Assembly: GCA_038064415.1 (NCBI GenBank)
Contig: JBBTTD010000001.1
Span: 79,738 to 126,966, forward strand
Direction: 5' to 3'
DNA: 47,229 nucleotides
Source of the DNA: Patescibacteria group bacterium
GTDB lineage: Bacteria; Patescibacteriota; Minisyncoccia; Phycocordibacterales; PALSA-1337
The notes under the pieces are model-generated. The model made no database searches. It was not told the DNA's origin and saw only the letters and a program-made list of their open reading frames with translations. Shown here piece by piece: positions 20,059-29,700 of this stretch (within the stretch, counting starts at the first letter, position 1; each line of letters starts with the position of its first letter). Both the position numbers and the translations under genes were made by a program.

Positions 20059-20304
20059 TCATTCTTTTATTCTTACAAAATCTCTGAACTCTTCCCTCAC
20101 CTCTCCTAAAGTATCATCAATATCTTGACGACTACTTTCTATTTTGTCATCTATTTCTGCTAATCGTGAATAGATGCGCGATTCAGACGCGTCTATTCTT
20201 TCTTCTAATCGCTCAAAACTTCTGGCAATTGATATCGCTATATCATCGGCGCTTTTATACATAAGACGCTCAATAAGCTCCAGATCTTTTTGATCTAATG
20301 ACAT
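20059..20304 (-). CDS. Small acidic coiled-coil hypothetical protein
   Basis: 81-aa ORF with a heptad pattern. Confidence 0.7.
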   Translation of the reverse strand: MSLDQKDLELIERLMYKSADDIAISIARSFERLEERIDASESRIYSRLAEIDDKIESSRQDIDDTLGEVREEFRDFVRIKE

Positions 20305-20374
20305 GGTAATAAACTTAAAACTTTCTATATTTGACTGAATATAGATTTAGTAATAAGTTCAACCTATCAGAGTA

Positions 20375-20418
20375 AGATCAAGAAATGATAAAGATCTGAT
20401 CAAGATTTGATCAAGATT
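20375..20418. repeat. 4 x 11-bp direct repeat (TGATCAAGATT)
   Basis: AGATCAAGAAA TGATAAAGATC TGATCAAGATT TGATCAAGATT. Confidence 0.8.
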
Positions 20419-20451
20419 GGAGAATGTGGTGAAATTGTGAAGGTCAGGCCT

Positions 20452-21906
20452 TCACTTTTTCGGCTTCATCAAAGGAAACATTTGAGTTTCGCGAAGCGGT
20501 TTGCCAATCAAGACAGTGAACAAACGATCCCCGAATCCAAAACCACAAGTTGGAGGCATTCCATGCTCTAACATCTCAACAAAATCTAGATCTGACATCA
20601 TTGCCTCTTGATCGCCAGATTCAATAAGTTTTTTTTGCGCTTCAAAACGCTTACGCTGATCTATTGGATCATTGAGCTCAGAGTATCCCTTACCAATTTC
20701 ACTACCGGCAATTATTGGCTGAAACATCTGAACTATTTCTTTACCTTGAATACTTTTCGCAAGTGGCGCTACAAGAATAGGGTGGTTTATCAGAAAAACC
20801 GGTCCGGAAATATTTTTACGACAATATTTCCACAAAGTATCAACTAGACGTTCTCTATTATTACCATCATATTCTATGCCGAGCTCCTTTATTTTCTTCA
20901 TCAGTTGATTGTTATCTGCTTTGTTGATATCAATCTTAGTTTGTTTATTTATTTCTTCCGCATAATCAATACTTGGCCAATCACCAGATAAGTCAAAAGA
21001 GTGTCCTTTAACGGAAAACTTCATTGTCCCAAAGACTTCTTTGGCGATTATTTGATAAAGTTCTTGGACCAACTTCATTCCATCTTGATAATCAGCGTAT
21101 GCCCAATAAAATTCTAAATTGGTAAATTCCTGAGCATGTTCTGGACTGGTACCTTCGTTACGATATACACGTCCAATTTCAAATGTTTTTTGAAATCCTG
21201 AAGCTATCAAATGTTTTTGCCAAAGCTCTCCCACGGAAATCCGTAAATAAACATCCATATCAAAATCATTGTGATGAGTGATAAATGGTCGAGCTTCCGC
21301 GCCTCCAGTTGTCACCTCAAGCGTTGGAGTTTCAACTTCCAAAAATCCATGCCCCTCAAAAAAATTTCGTATAACGTGCCAAAACTTCGCCTTTTTCTTG
21401 AATATCTCACGAGATTCTGGATCCATAATGAAATCTAAGTAGCGTTTACGAAACTTTTCATCCGGATCGGTCAAGCCATGCCACTTTTCTGGTAATGGCA
21501 AAAGAGATTTGGAAGCCATAGTCCAAGAAGCTACTGATATACTCTGCTCTCCTCTATTGGTGGTAAAAAAAGTTCCAGTAACGCTGATAATATCGCCAAT
21601 ATCAACGGCATTGGTGAATAATTCAAAAAGTTTGGAATCTAAAACGTCTTTTTTTATTACAGCTTGAAATGTTGATTTACCGTCATCAAGCACCACAAAT
21701 AAAATCGCGCCTTGGCCGCGAATGGCCATGATTCTGCCAGAAATTGAGACTGGCTTTTTTGAACTTTCGTAATCTTTGAAATTACCTCGAGCGTCAGCTA
21801 GACAAAAATCACGAGGAATTTTAGCTGGATACGCTTCCATACCGGCTTTTTTGAGCAGATCCAATTTGGCAATCCTTATTGTACGAAGTTCTTCAAGTGA
21901 AGCCAT
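20452..21906 (-). CDS. lysS: Lysine--tRNA ligase (class II)
   Basis: LPEKWHGL, GGAEARPF, YRNEG, YSELNDP and GMPP motifs. Confidence 0.97.
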   Translation of the reverse strand: MASLEELRTIRIAKLDLLKKAGMEAYPAKIPRDFCLADARGNFKDYESSKKPVSISGRIMAIRGQGAILFVVLDDGKSTFQAVIKKDVLDSKLFELFTNAVDIGDIISVTGTFFTTNRGEQSISVASWTMASKSLLPLPEKWHGLTDPDEKFRKRYLDFIMDPESREIFKKKAKFWHVIRNFFEGHGFLEVETPTLEVTTGGAEARPFITHHNDFDMDVYLRISVGELWQKHLIASGFQKTFEIGRVYRNEGTSPEHAQEFTNLEFYWAYADYQDGMKLVQELYQIIAKEVFGTMKFSVKGHSFDLSGDWPSIDYAEEINKQTKIDINKADNNQLMKKIKELGIEYDGNNRERLVDTLWKYCRKNISGPVFLINHPILVAPLAKSIQGKEIVQMFQPIIAGSEIGKGYSELNDPIDQRKRFEAQKKLIESGDQEAMMSDLDFVEMLEHGMPPTCGFGFGDRLFTVLIGKPLRETQMFPLMKPKK

Positions 21907-21921
21907 GATGATTAAAAAGAA

Positions 21922-22389
21922 TTATTTTACCGCTCCAATAATATAAGTAATCGAGCCTTTTGGAGTATTAACTTTGATCGTGTCGCCCTTTTTGTGTCCA
22001 AGTAAAGCAGATCCAAGCGGAGACATGTTGGAGACTTTTCCTTGTGACATGTCAGCTTCCTCTGATCCAACAATAGTGTAAAGAAATGATTTGTTCTCGT
22101 CATCTTTTTGTAGACGAACAGTTGAACCTACTATAATGACATCACTCCCACCACTGCTAGATATGACGGCGCTTTTTAAAAGATTTTCCAAACGGTTGAT
22201 TCGATCTTCAACTTCAGCTTGATCTTCTCGGGCCTGGTGATATTCAGCATTTTCGGAAAGATCTCCTAGTCTTTTCGCGTATTCTAAATGATCAGCAATC
22301 TCTTTACGCCGATTGGTTTTCAAGTGTTCAAGTTCCTTCTTGAGTTCGCTAAACTTTTCATTAGTAAGATATTGAGATGCTGTTGACAT
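21922..22389 (-). CDS. greA: Transcription elongation factor GreA
   Basis: GDLSENAEY, SPLGSALLG. Confidence 0.97.
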   Translation of the reverse strand: MSTASQYLTNEKFSELKKELEHLKTNRRKEIADHLEYAKRLGDLSENAEYHQAREDQAEVEDRINRLENLLKSAVISSSGGSDVIIVGSTVRLQKDDENKSFLYTIVGSEEADMSQGKVSNMSPLGSALLGHKKGDTIKVNTPKGSITYIIGAVK

Positions 22390-22469
22390 AATAATAAAAA
22401 CACTTAGATTTATAAGCTTACTTATGATTATAGCATAATAAATACTAAATAGAGGGCGCTTATTTATAA

Positions 22470-24242
22470 CTACTTTTTAAAGTACTCGGGAGTATTAATG
22501 TTCATCCAATCCAACTGCTGCCTCATCGCCGCGGCCGCGCCAATCAAATTGTGGACAGAACCTTGTTCTAACATCACAACAAATGCGTATTTAGGATTCT
22601 CATAAGGCCAAAAACCACTTATCCAAGAATTGACCTTCTCCTTGGTAGTACCAAGTTCAGCCGTACCAGATTTGCCGGCAATATTCACATATGTGACATC
22701 TAAAGCTTTGCTGGTACCGCCGAGTACGGAAAGACGCATACCTTCATGGATGATTTTAAAATCTTTTGGAGCAATCTCACTAATTATACGATCAACTTTT
22801 GTGATCTCACCTTTTATAATCGTTGGAACTAATAAGGTTCCACTATTTGCTAGAGCCGCGATAGCACGGACCATAACAATCGGCGTAACTTGAAAACCGT
22901 ATTGACCAATAGCGGTATGATAAGTATCACCGACATACCAATCTTCATTGAAAGTTTTCTTTTTCCAATCTGGGGTCGGGATTGTCCCAGCTTTACCTTG
23001 AACAAAAGATTCAGGCATCAATGAACCTATTCCAAACAGCTTTAAATATTTATCTATATTTATGATGCCTAAACCTTTCTGATCTTTATATCCGCCGCCG
23101 ATTATATAAAAATAAGCATCCGAAGACATTTGGATAGCGTGGCGAAGATCCATCGGTCCATTATTTTTCCAATCTCTGAAGAGTGTGCTTTTTGTAGAAT
23201 CATATGGATTTGGAAGAGATATTGATCCCATCGTGATTATTACCGTCGCGGGATCTATGATTTTTTCAGTTAGAACTCCAAGCGCGATAAACGGCTTGAC
23301 GATTGAGCCCGGAGTATAAAGCCCGTCAACCGCTCTATTAAGAAATGGGAGACTCTGATCATCAAGTAAATTCTTAACTCTGGCCGTATCTAATCGATCA
23401 GACATTACCTGTGAACTATATTCTGGATAGCTGGTTAAAGTAATTATTTCCCCAGAATTGACATCCATGATAATACCGGCACCGCCGGCAAAACCAACCC
23501 GATCGGCAATATCTTTGATATTCTTATACAAAGCAGACTGGACACGACTATCTATAGACAATGTGAGATTATCCCCTTGCGCGGGCGGTTTCACGATATT
23601 TTCGGAAACGATACTTCCTCGAGCGTCCACTTCTATCAAACGAGAGCCGTTTTCACCCTGTAAATTTTGATTATAATATTTTTCTATTCCAGACACGCCC
23701 TCAAAATCCTCCTGATAGTAAAAGCCGTTTTTATCTTTTGATGGATACTGAACATAACCAAGGACATGCGCCAAGCCCGTTGAGGTGGCGTATTCACGAG
23801 TCGCGACTGTGTCTTCGTTAGCGGCACTCATGGTACTTCTTATTTCTTTGACTTGGTCATCTACTGAAACATCTGAAGTCATTCGCGTGGGCGCGTTCCA
23901 AGACAATAATTTACCGTTACGATCCATGATTATTCCGCGACCAGCAAATATGGGTATTGGTCTCAAGAGATTCTTTTCACTGCGCGTTTTATAATCATCA
24001 CCATGGATGATCTGTAAATTTATGGCTTGAACAAAAAAAATAATAATTACTGACAAAAACACTACCGCGATACCATAGAGAGTCGCTTCTGATATTGGTC
24101 TCTCAAGACGACCTTCAAATTGGGTAGTGTCAAAATCCGGCAGATTACTAGAATCTAACATAATCTCATCAAGAGCTATTTCCATGACTCGTCGGCGCTT
24201 CAATCGTTTCCAGAACACAAATTTTCTCCAAGAAAAAGACAT
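22470..24242 (-). CDS. mrdA: Class B penicillin-binding protein 2
   Basis: TM anchor; SIVK, SSD and KSG motifs; downstream of mreBC. Confidence 0.88.
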   Translation of the reverse strand: MSFSWRKFVFWKRLKRRRVMEIALDEIMLDSSNLPDFDTTQFEGRLERPISEATLYGIAVVFLSVIIIFFVQAINLQIIHGDDYKTRSEKNLLRPIPIFAGRGIIMDRNGKLLSWNAPTRMTSDVSVDDQVKEIRSTMSAANEDTVATREYATSTGLAHVLGYVQYPSKDKNGFYYQEDFEGVSGIEKYYNQNLQGENGSRLIEVDARGSIVSENIVKPPAQGDNLTLSIDSRVQSALYKNIKDIADRVGFAGGAGIIMDVNSGEIITLTSYPEYSSQVMSDRLDTARVKNLLDDQSLPFLNRAVDGLYTPGSIVKPFIALGVLTEKIIDPATVIITMGSISLPNPYDSTKSTLFRDWKNNGPMDLRHAIQMSSDAYFYIIGGGYKDQKGLGIINIDKYLKLFGIGSLMPESFVQGKAGTIPTPDWKKKTFNEDWYVGDTYHTAIGQYGFQVTPIVMVRAIAALANSGTLLVPTIIKGEITKVDRIISEIAPKDFKIIHEGMRLSVLGGTSKALDVTYVNIAGKSGTAELGTTKEKVNSWISGFWPYENPKYAFVVMLEQGSVHNLIGAAAAMRQQLDWMNINTPEYFKK

Positions 24243-24264
24243 GATCTAAATGTTACCATGCTCT

Positions 24265-24531
24265 CTATTTTCTAACTACTCTTTTTAGTATTAGGATTCC
24301 AATATAAACAACTATTGATAAAACTGTTCCTAAAAAACTCAATGTATTTGTTTTCAAATCAAATCCGAATATTGAATCAAAAATAATCCCAGCCGCAAAA
24401 ATTTCTATAAAATACGGATATCGCCATACACCAAGGATAGCAAGTGGTAAGGCGATGAACCACCAGCCGTGGAGGATAGAAATGAGTATTAAGATATCAA
24501 TTAAAATTCTGTAAGTTAATTTTTTGGTCAT
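24265..24531 (-). CDS. Small polytopic membrane protein at the mreD position
   Basis: 88 aa from ATG 24531, about three TMs, between mreC and PBP2. Confidence 0.65.
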   Translation of the reverse strand: MTKKLTYRILIDILILISILHGWWFIALPLAILGVWRYPYFIEIFAAGIIFDSIFGFDLKTNTLSFLGTVLSIVVYIGILILKRVVRK

Positions 24532-24541
24532 AATATCACTT

Positions 24542-24571
24542 TGTGTCATTCCCGCGAAGGCGGCAATGACA
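24542..24571. repeat. GTCATTCCCGC REP-like palindrome
   Basis: TGTCATTCCCGC-GAAG-GCGGCAATGACA. Confidence 0.75.
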
Positions 24572-24575
24572 AATA

Positions 24576-25457
24576 CTATTTTTCTACTAGCACCCATCTC
24601 ATTTGATAAATATTCACGGGCGGAGCAAAAAGAACTGTCTCAAAAGCTTGGGTTGGATCAGAAAGCACCATGAAAACTATGCCGAATGGCTTATCATTCA
24701 AAGCTGAATTAATGACAAAATCTCCTTCTTTTACGCTGGTATCACGAGAAATTTGAGCTTCATATTGTCCTCCACCACGACCAATAGCGGTTGCCGGAAT
24801 ATGTTCCGCGCCAATCAATACCTCATACTTTTCCCCAGGTGAAGAAAATAATTTTACTTTTGCTGTTGACGGCAAGATATCAACGACACGACCAATTAGA
24901 ACATTACCAACCGCGTAGATTAGACTGCTAGTAGAAAGATTGTAATCTCGTCCAATATCAATAATCAATCCGTCATACGGTAAAAATGGCGGTCGTTTGA
25001 GGACGGCGGACAGAATTCGTGATTCCAATTCTTTTGAAGTCATTTTAGAAATGAAAGAATATTTTGGAACCACATAGATAGTGGATGTCCCTGTTGAACT
25101 AGGATTAATAATTGATTCTACAATGAACGATTCTCGTCCCAAGAGACTTTTTAGTTCAGTGTTTTCCAATTCAATGGCCTGAATTGCGTCCAACCTGACT
25201 TGAGCATCAGTTAGTTGACGTTTGAGTCCTTCATTTTGATTGAGTAAAGATTCTGAAGACCGCAAAGACCCACTTAAAACAGAAAACTCCGTTCGCCAAA
25301 ATGGTCTAGCTAAACTTGTAAAAATAGAAGCAAAAAAATGCGGAGTGGATATTTGTAAAAGAACTATAATCACAACCAAAACCGCAATAGTGTAACCTAC
25401 GACACGAGCTCGACTCCGATATGGACGATTATGAGTTTGAAGGTAAGTCATCTTCAC
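24576..25457 (-). CDS. mreC: Rod shape-determining protein MreC
   Basis: TM, coiled coil ENTELKSLLG, IIDIG, LIGRV; follows mreB (ATG at 25451 also possible). Confidence 0.88.
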   Translation of the reverse strand: MKMTYLQTHNRPYRSRARVVGYTIAVLVVIIVLLQISTPHFFASIFTSLARPFWRTEFSVLSGSLRSSESLLNQNEGLKRQLTDAQVRLDAIQAIELENTELKSLLGRESFIVESIINPSSTGTSTIYVVPKYSFISKMTSKELESRILSAVLKRPPFLPYDGLIIDIGRDYNLSTSSLIYAVGNVLIGRVVDILPSTAKVKLFSSPGEKYEVLIGAEHIPATAIGRGGGQYEAQISRDTSVKEGDFVINSALNDKPFGIVFMVLSDPTQAFETVLFAPPVNIYQMRWVLVEK

Positions 25458-26493
25458 TTGCTATGAGCACTGAACGATAACGATCAAGATCTTCCAAAAT
25501 AATACCTGCTCCGCGGGCAATCGCGGTTAATGGATCTTCAGCGATAGTTACGGGAATACTTAAGGTTTCTATCAATAACAAATCTAAACCTTTAATCAAA
25601 GCACCACCACCAACCAAGTGTATTCCTCGTCTCATAATATCAGATAGGATTTCTGGCGGAGTCGTTTCTAAAACTTCCTTAGTCGCCTCAAGTAAAACAC
25701 TGACTGACTGACTAATCGCTTCACGAATATCAGAATCGGTTATTATGACTTCTCTTGGGAGACCCGTAATCAGATCTCTGCCACGAATCGTAGTCTCCAA
25801 TGGCTCGCCAGAGACTACTGTGCCGACCGCTAATTTCACCTGTTCAGCAGTTGTTTCACCAATTAATATTTTGAATTCGTTGCGGATATAAGAAATGATG
25901 TCAATATTGAGTTTGTCGCCGGCGATTTTTAGATTTTTTGAACGGACAATTCCACCTAAAGAGATAACGGCAATATCCGTGGTACCTCCACCAATGTCAA
26001 TAATCATACTCCCAACTGGATCATGAATCGGCAAACGAATTCCGATAGCTCCTGCCATTGGTTGTTCTATTATATAAACTTCCCTGGCACCGGCATTTTT
26101 TGTGGCATCACGCACCGCGCGAACTTCCACATTTGTCACGCCAGAAGGAACGCCGACAACTACTCGCGGTCCTAAAAATTTTTTAGGCATATATTCTCCC
26201 GCGCGCTTCATGAAATACACCAGCATTTCTTCAGTCACTTCAAAATCTGAAATCACTCCACCAACAAGCGGGCGCACGGCAATAATGTGAGCAGGTGTAC
26301 GACCAAGCATGTCTTTTGCGACTTGACCAACAGCTACAACCTGACCAGTCTTTTGATTGACCGCGACGACTGATGGTTCATTAACGACTATACCTTTTCC
26401 ACGAACATAAACCAAAGTATTGGCTGTGCCAAGATCAATACCGATGTCATTAGAAAAACGGCTAAACAGCTTTTCTTTTTGCTCATTAAACAT
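25429..26493 (-). CDS. mreB: Rod shape-determining protein MreB
   Basis: IGIDLGTANT, EPSVVA and DIGGGTTD motifs. Confidence 0.96.
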   Translation of the reverse strand: MFNEQKEKLFSRFSNDIGIDLGTANTLVYVRGKGIVVNEPSVVAVNQKTGQVVAVGQVAKDMLGRTPAHIIAVRPLVGGVISDFEVTEEMLVYFMKRAGEYMPKKFLGPRVVVGVPSGVTNVEVRAVRDATKNAGAREVYIIEQPMAGAIGIRLPIHDPVGSMIIDIGGGTTDIAVISLGGIVRSKNLKIAGDKLNIDIISYIRNEFKILIGETTAEQVKLAVGTVVSGEPLETTIRGRDLITGLPREVIITDSDIREAISQSVSVLLEATKEVLETTPPEILSDIMRRGIHLVGGGALIKGLDLLLIETLSIPVTIAEDPLTAIARGAGIILEDLDRYRSVLIASEDDLPSNS

Positions 26494-26529
26494 AATCTCA
26501 ACATTAACATAAAGAGGAAATTAGAGTAA

Positions 26530-26558
26530 TTGACAAATATATAGTAGTATGCTATCCT
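26530..26558 (+). promoter_or_regulatory. Promoter with no downstream plus-strand gene
   Basis: TTGACA-17-TATCCT with TG extension. Confidence 0.55.
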
Positions 26559-26662
26559 CTGCAAAGACCATTATAGGTCAGTTTTTAAAACGAGCAGAGG
26601 TCCAAATAGACCACTGGGTATGGGATTCAATATAACCACTTTGAGGATATAATGATTCCACC

Positions 26663-26700
26663 AAAAAGCCTTCCCCTCACAAACAAGGGAAGGCTTTTTT
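26663..26700. terminator. Bidirectional intrinsic terminator
   Basis: AAAAAGCCTTCCC..GGGAAGGCTTTTTT. Confidence 0.8.
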
Positions 26701-26719
26701 CTTTTGGTTGAATTTTAAT

Positions 26720-29700
26720 TTACCTCCCCTCTCTCTTTTTATTAGTTATAAGAAAGATAAAGATGGCTAAAATAATGAGAACAGTGAATATAATCACCCA
26801 AGTCCATGGAATATCTGATGCTGATACGAATGGGGTGGCGGCGAGAATTCTGTTGTCTGCTGAATTGATATCTTGTTGTACGATTGGGGCAGTGTATTCG
26901 TAGGCGCCTCTTGACCATGTCGTGCGAGTGCGACCAAGCATGTCAACATTGTAAGGTGCCGGTAACAGAGTGCCAGGATTTGTGTTCGTCTTTAGAGTAA
27001 AATCGTTTCCAGTGTAATTGTTGAATATGGATGTTGGAATGTTTAGTTGCTGATTAGCTTCTCCTAAAGAAGCCGAGCCAGAAAAGCCATTGTAATCATG
27101 AGTGGCTCCGGCAATAGTCGGAGTATTGGTATTTATCCATAAGTTGTTGTAAACATAATTGTTAGAGCCACCATTCAATGGAATGCCTGAAGCACCATAA
27201 GTACTATTGGCGAATGTGTTGTTGTAAATTTTGCAGTTTGAGCAATCATTTCTACCAAAACCAATGACACCATTACCGACTTGGTAGTTATAAACAATGT
27301 TGCCATAAATTTGATGTCCATTTGTCCAAGAAATTGCCATAATAGCCGTGCCACCGCCAGCGGGGGTAGAACCCTGACCCATAAACGAGTTTCTAAATTT
27401 GTTGTAACGAATGACGGAATTGTCGCCGTTGTAATATAGGTTTATGTTCTCACCATGATTGGCAGAATTACCCGTAATACGGTCTGACGCGGAATATTCA
27501 ATAACCGGGGCCTCACTATTTCGGACAAACCAATGTTGGGTACCGCCATCACAAAATACTCGCGAAAACACATGGCCGGTGCTATTTATAGTTTCACCAG
27601 AATTATTATCGGTACTTATACACATGCGGCGCACGCTAGTACCTGGCAAGTTTCCAACAATTGCAAGGATGTAAGTATATTTTAATGTCACATTATCTGT
27701 TCTGGCGCCATATTTCGCGATAGAAACTGATGGCCAATCACCATTGCTTCCTACGCTAAATCCATATGCTGTCTTATCAAACCAATCAGATTCATTACGA
27801 GTCTGTCCATCAAACACCCAGTTACTACTGGTGAACTCTAACGCTGTAAACACCGCCTGTCCATCTCCATAAGTGTTATCCCAACCTGTGGCTATTCCAT
27901 GATTTGCGACGGTTGCTTTCTTGATTGTGATAAGTTGTGTACTACTTTCTGGGTCATCAAAGACATATGATCCATAACTTCCATCAGCAACATAATATGT
28001 CGCTCCTCTTTGTAATGTAGCCGTAGCCGGAAGTGTGCTGTATGCGTTTGTCCAATCAGAACCTGAACCATTTCCTGTCGCTCCAGAACGGATGTAGAAA
28101 GTGGTTCCTGCAGGAATAACACTGAAGGTCGCGCTAATAGTATGATTAGCTGTAACATTTGAGAATGTATATGAGGTAACTGCTCCGACCGATACACCGT
28201 CAACTAGAACTCCAGCTACTTGATACCCAGAGTTTGGAGTGATGGTAAAGGTTTGGTTGCTTCCTGAAGTTACTGTAGCTGATGTTGGAGAGATTGAACC
28301 ATTTGCGCCTGTTGATGCAGTGATGGCGTAGGTAACAACAGAACCAACCGTCACTCCCACCGCACCCGAAGTCGTCACAGCTCCACTGTTGTCAGTGGCT
28401 CTAGCGGTTAGTGAATAGGTTCCAGCGCCGACACCTGTCCATGAATAAGAGTAAGGTGAAGTAGTGTCAGTACCTAGAAGTGTAGCTCCATTGTAGAACG
28501 CTACACTTGATATTGTTCCATCAGAGTCAGATGCTGTGGCGTTAATGGTGATTGAAGCCGGGGCTGTGAAAGTCGCTCCATTTACTGGTGAAGAGATAGA
28601 GACTGTAGGAGGGATGTTAGCGACAACTGCGTCATACTTGAATATTGTCTTGGTTACAGTATTAGCCGTAACTGGAACAGAAACTGAACAGAAACTAGAG
28701 GCGCAGGTTAGACCTACGGTAGTATATGAAGGAAGGCTAGTAACTGTACATTCTGTACCTCCTTCTGGATATGTACAGGTGGCATATGATTCAGTGTAAC
28801 CTATTGCATCTGTAGCAGAGACTGTGTGGTTAGCTACTGTGAGTGATGGGAATGTGGCTGGATTAACTGCTGTAGTTGCACCCGCATCTATTTTACTGAC
28901 TACTCCTGCTGGTGCCATAGCTACCGTCAAATCTGTACCGACTAGTTTAGTCATGATTGAACCAGTGGAGGCAGGAGGAGGGATGATATCAGTGTATTCG
29001 TAGGCACCGATATCCCAAACGCTATCTGCACCATGAATGTTTCCTGCCCTATCCACATTATAAGGACTAGATAAACTTCTCCCTACAACATTTGTGGCTC
29101 TTGCAAGTCTATAATCTCCCGCGGCATAATTAGCAAAAACAGAAGTGGTATCAACTCCATTGTTACCGAAGGTTCCCACTCCATTGTATACCACGGCGGA
29201 ATTCACAACCAAGTTGTTGTATGCCTCGTTGCCTGTCCCAACCGATACAGGGAAATGTACTGTTGGAGTATTTCCAACACCATTCACAAAAGTGTTATGA
29301 TGCACCTTTATGTTATAATTTTCCCAACCTGCGGCGATAGCACCATCTCCCATCTGATAATGTTCAAAGATGTTGCCATAAATTTGCGCGCCTTGCGTCC
29401 AAGCAAGAGCGATAACTCCAGTTCCGCCTACTTGTGCCCCCGTATTCTGGTCTCTAAAATGATTGTAACGAACGATGGCATTGGAACCAGGGGTATCACT
29501 ATAAAATAGATTTACGCTTTCAGAGTGATACAACGCCGAACCAGATGTGTCAGACCCCGCGCTGTACTCAACAATTGGACTAACTGTGTTGCGAACAAAA
29601 TAGGGATTGCTACTGCCTTTAATATACATGCGCGAAAATACATAACCAGTATTTCTGGCGGAACTATACGTATCTGTATCTACACCATGTACCCTTACCC

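Noticed and set aside
20340-20430. oriC-like GATC/AT-rich repeats
   Set aside because: No DnaA box cluster or dnaA/dnaN nearby
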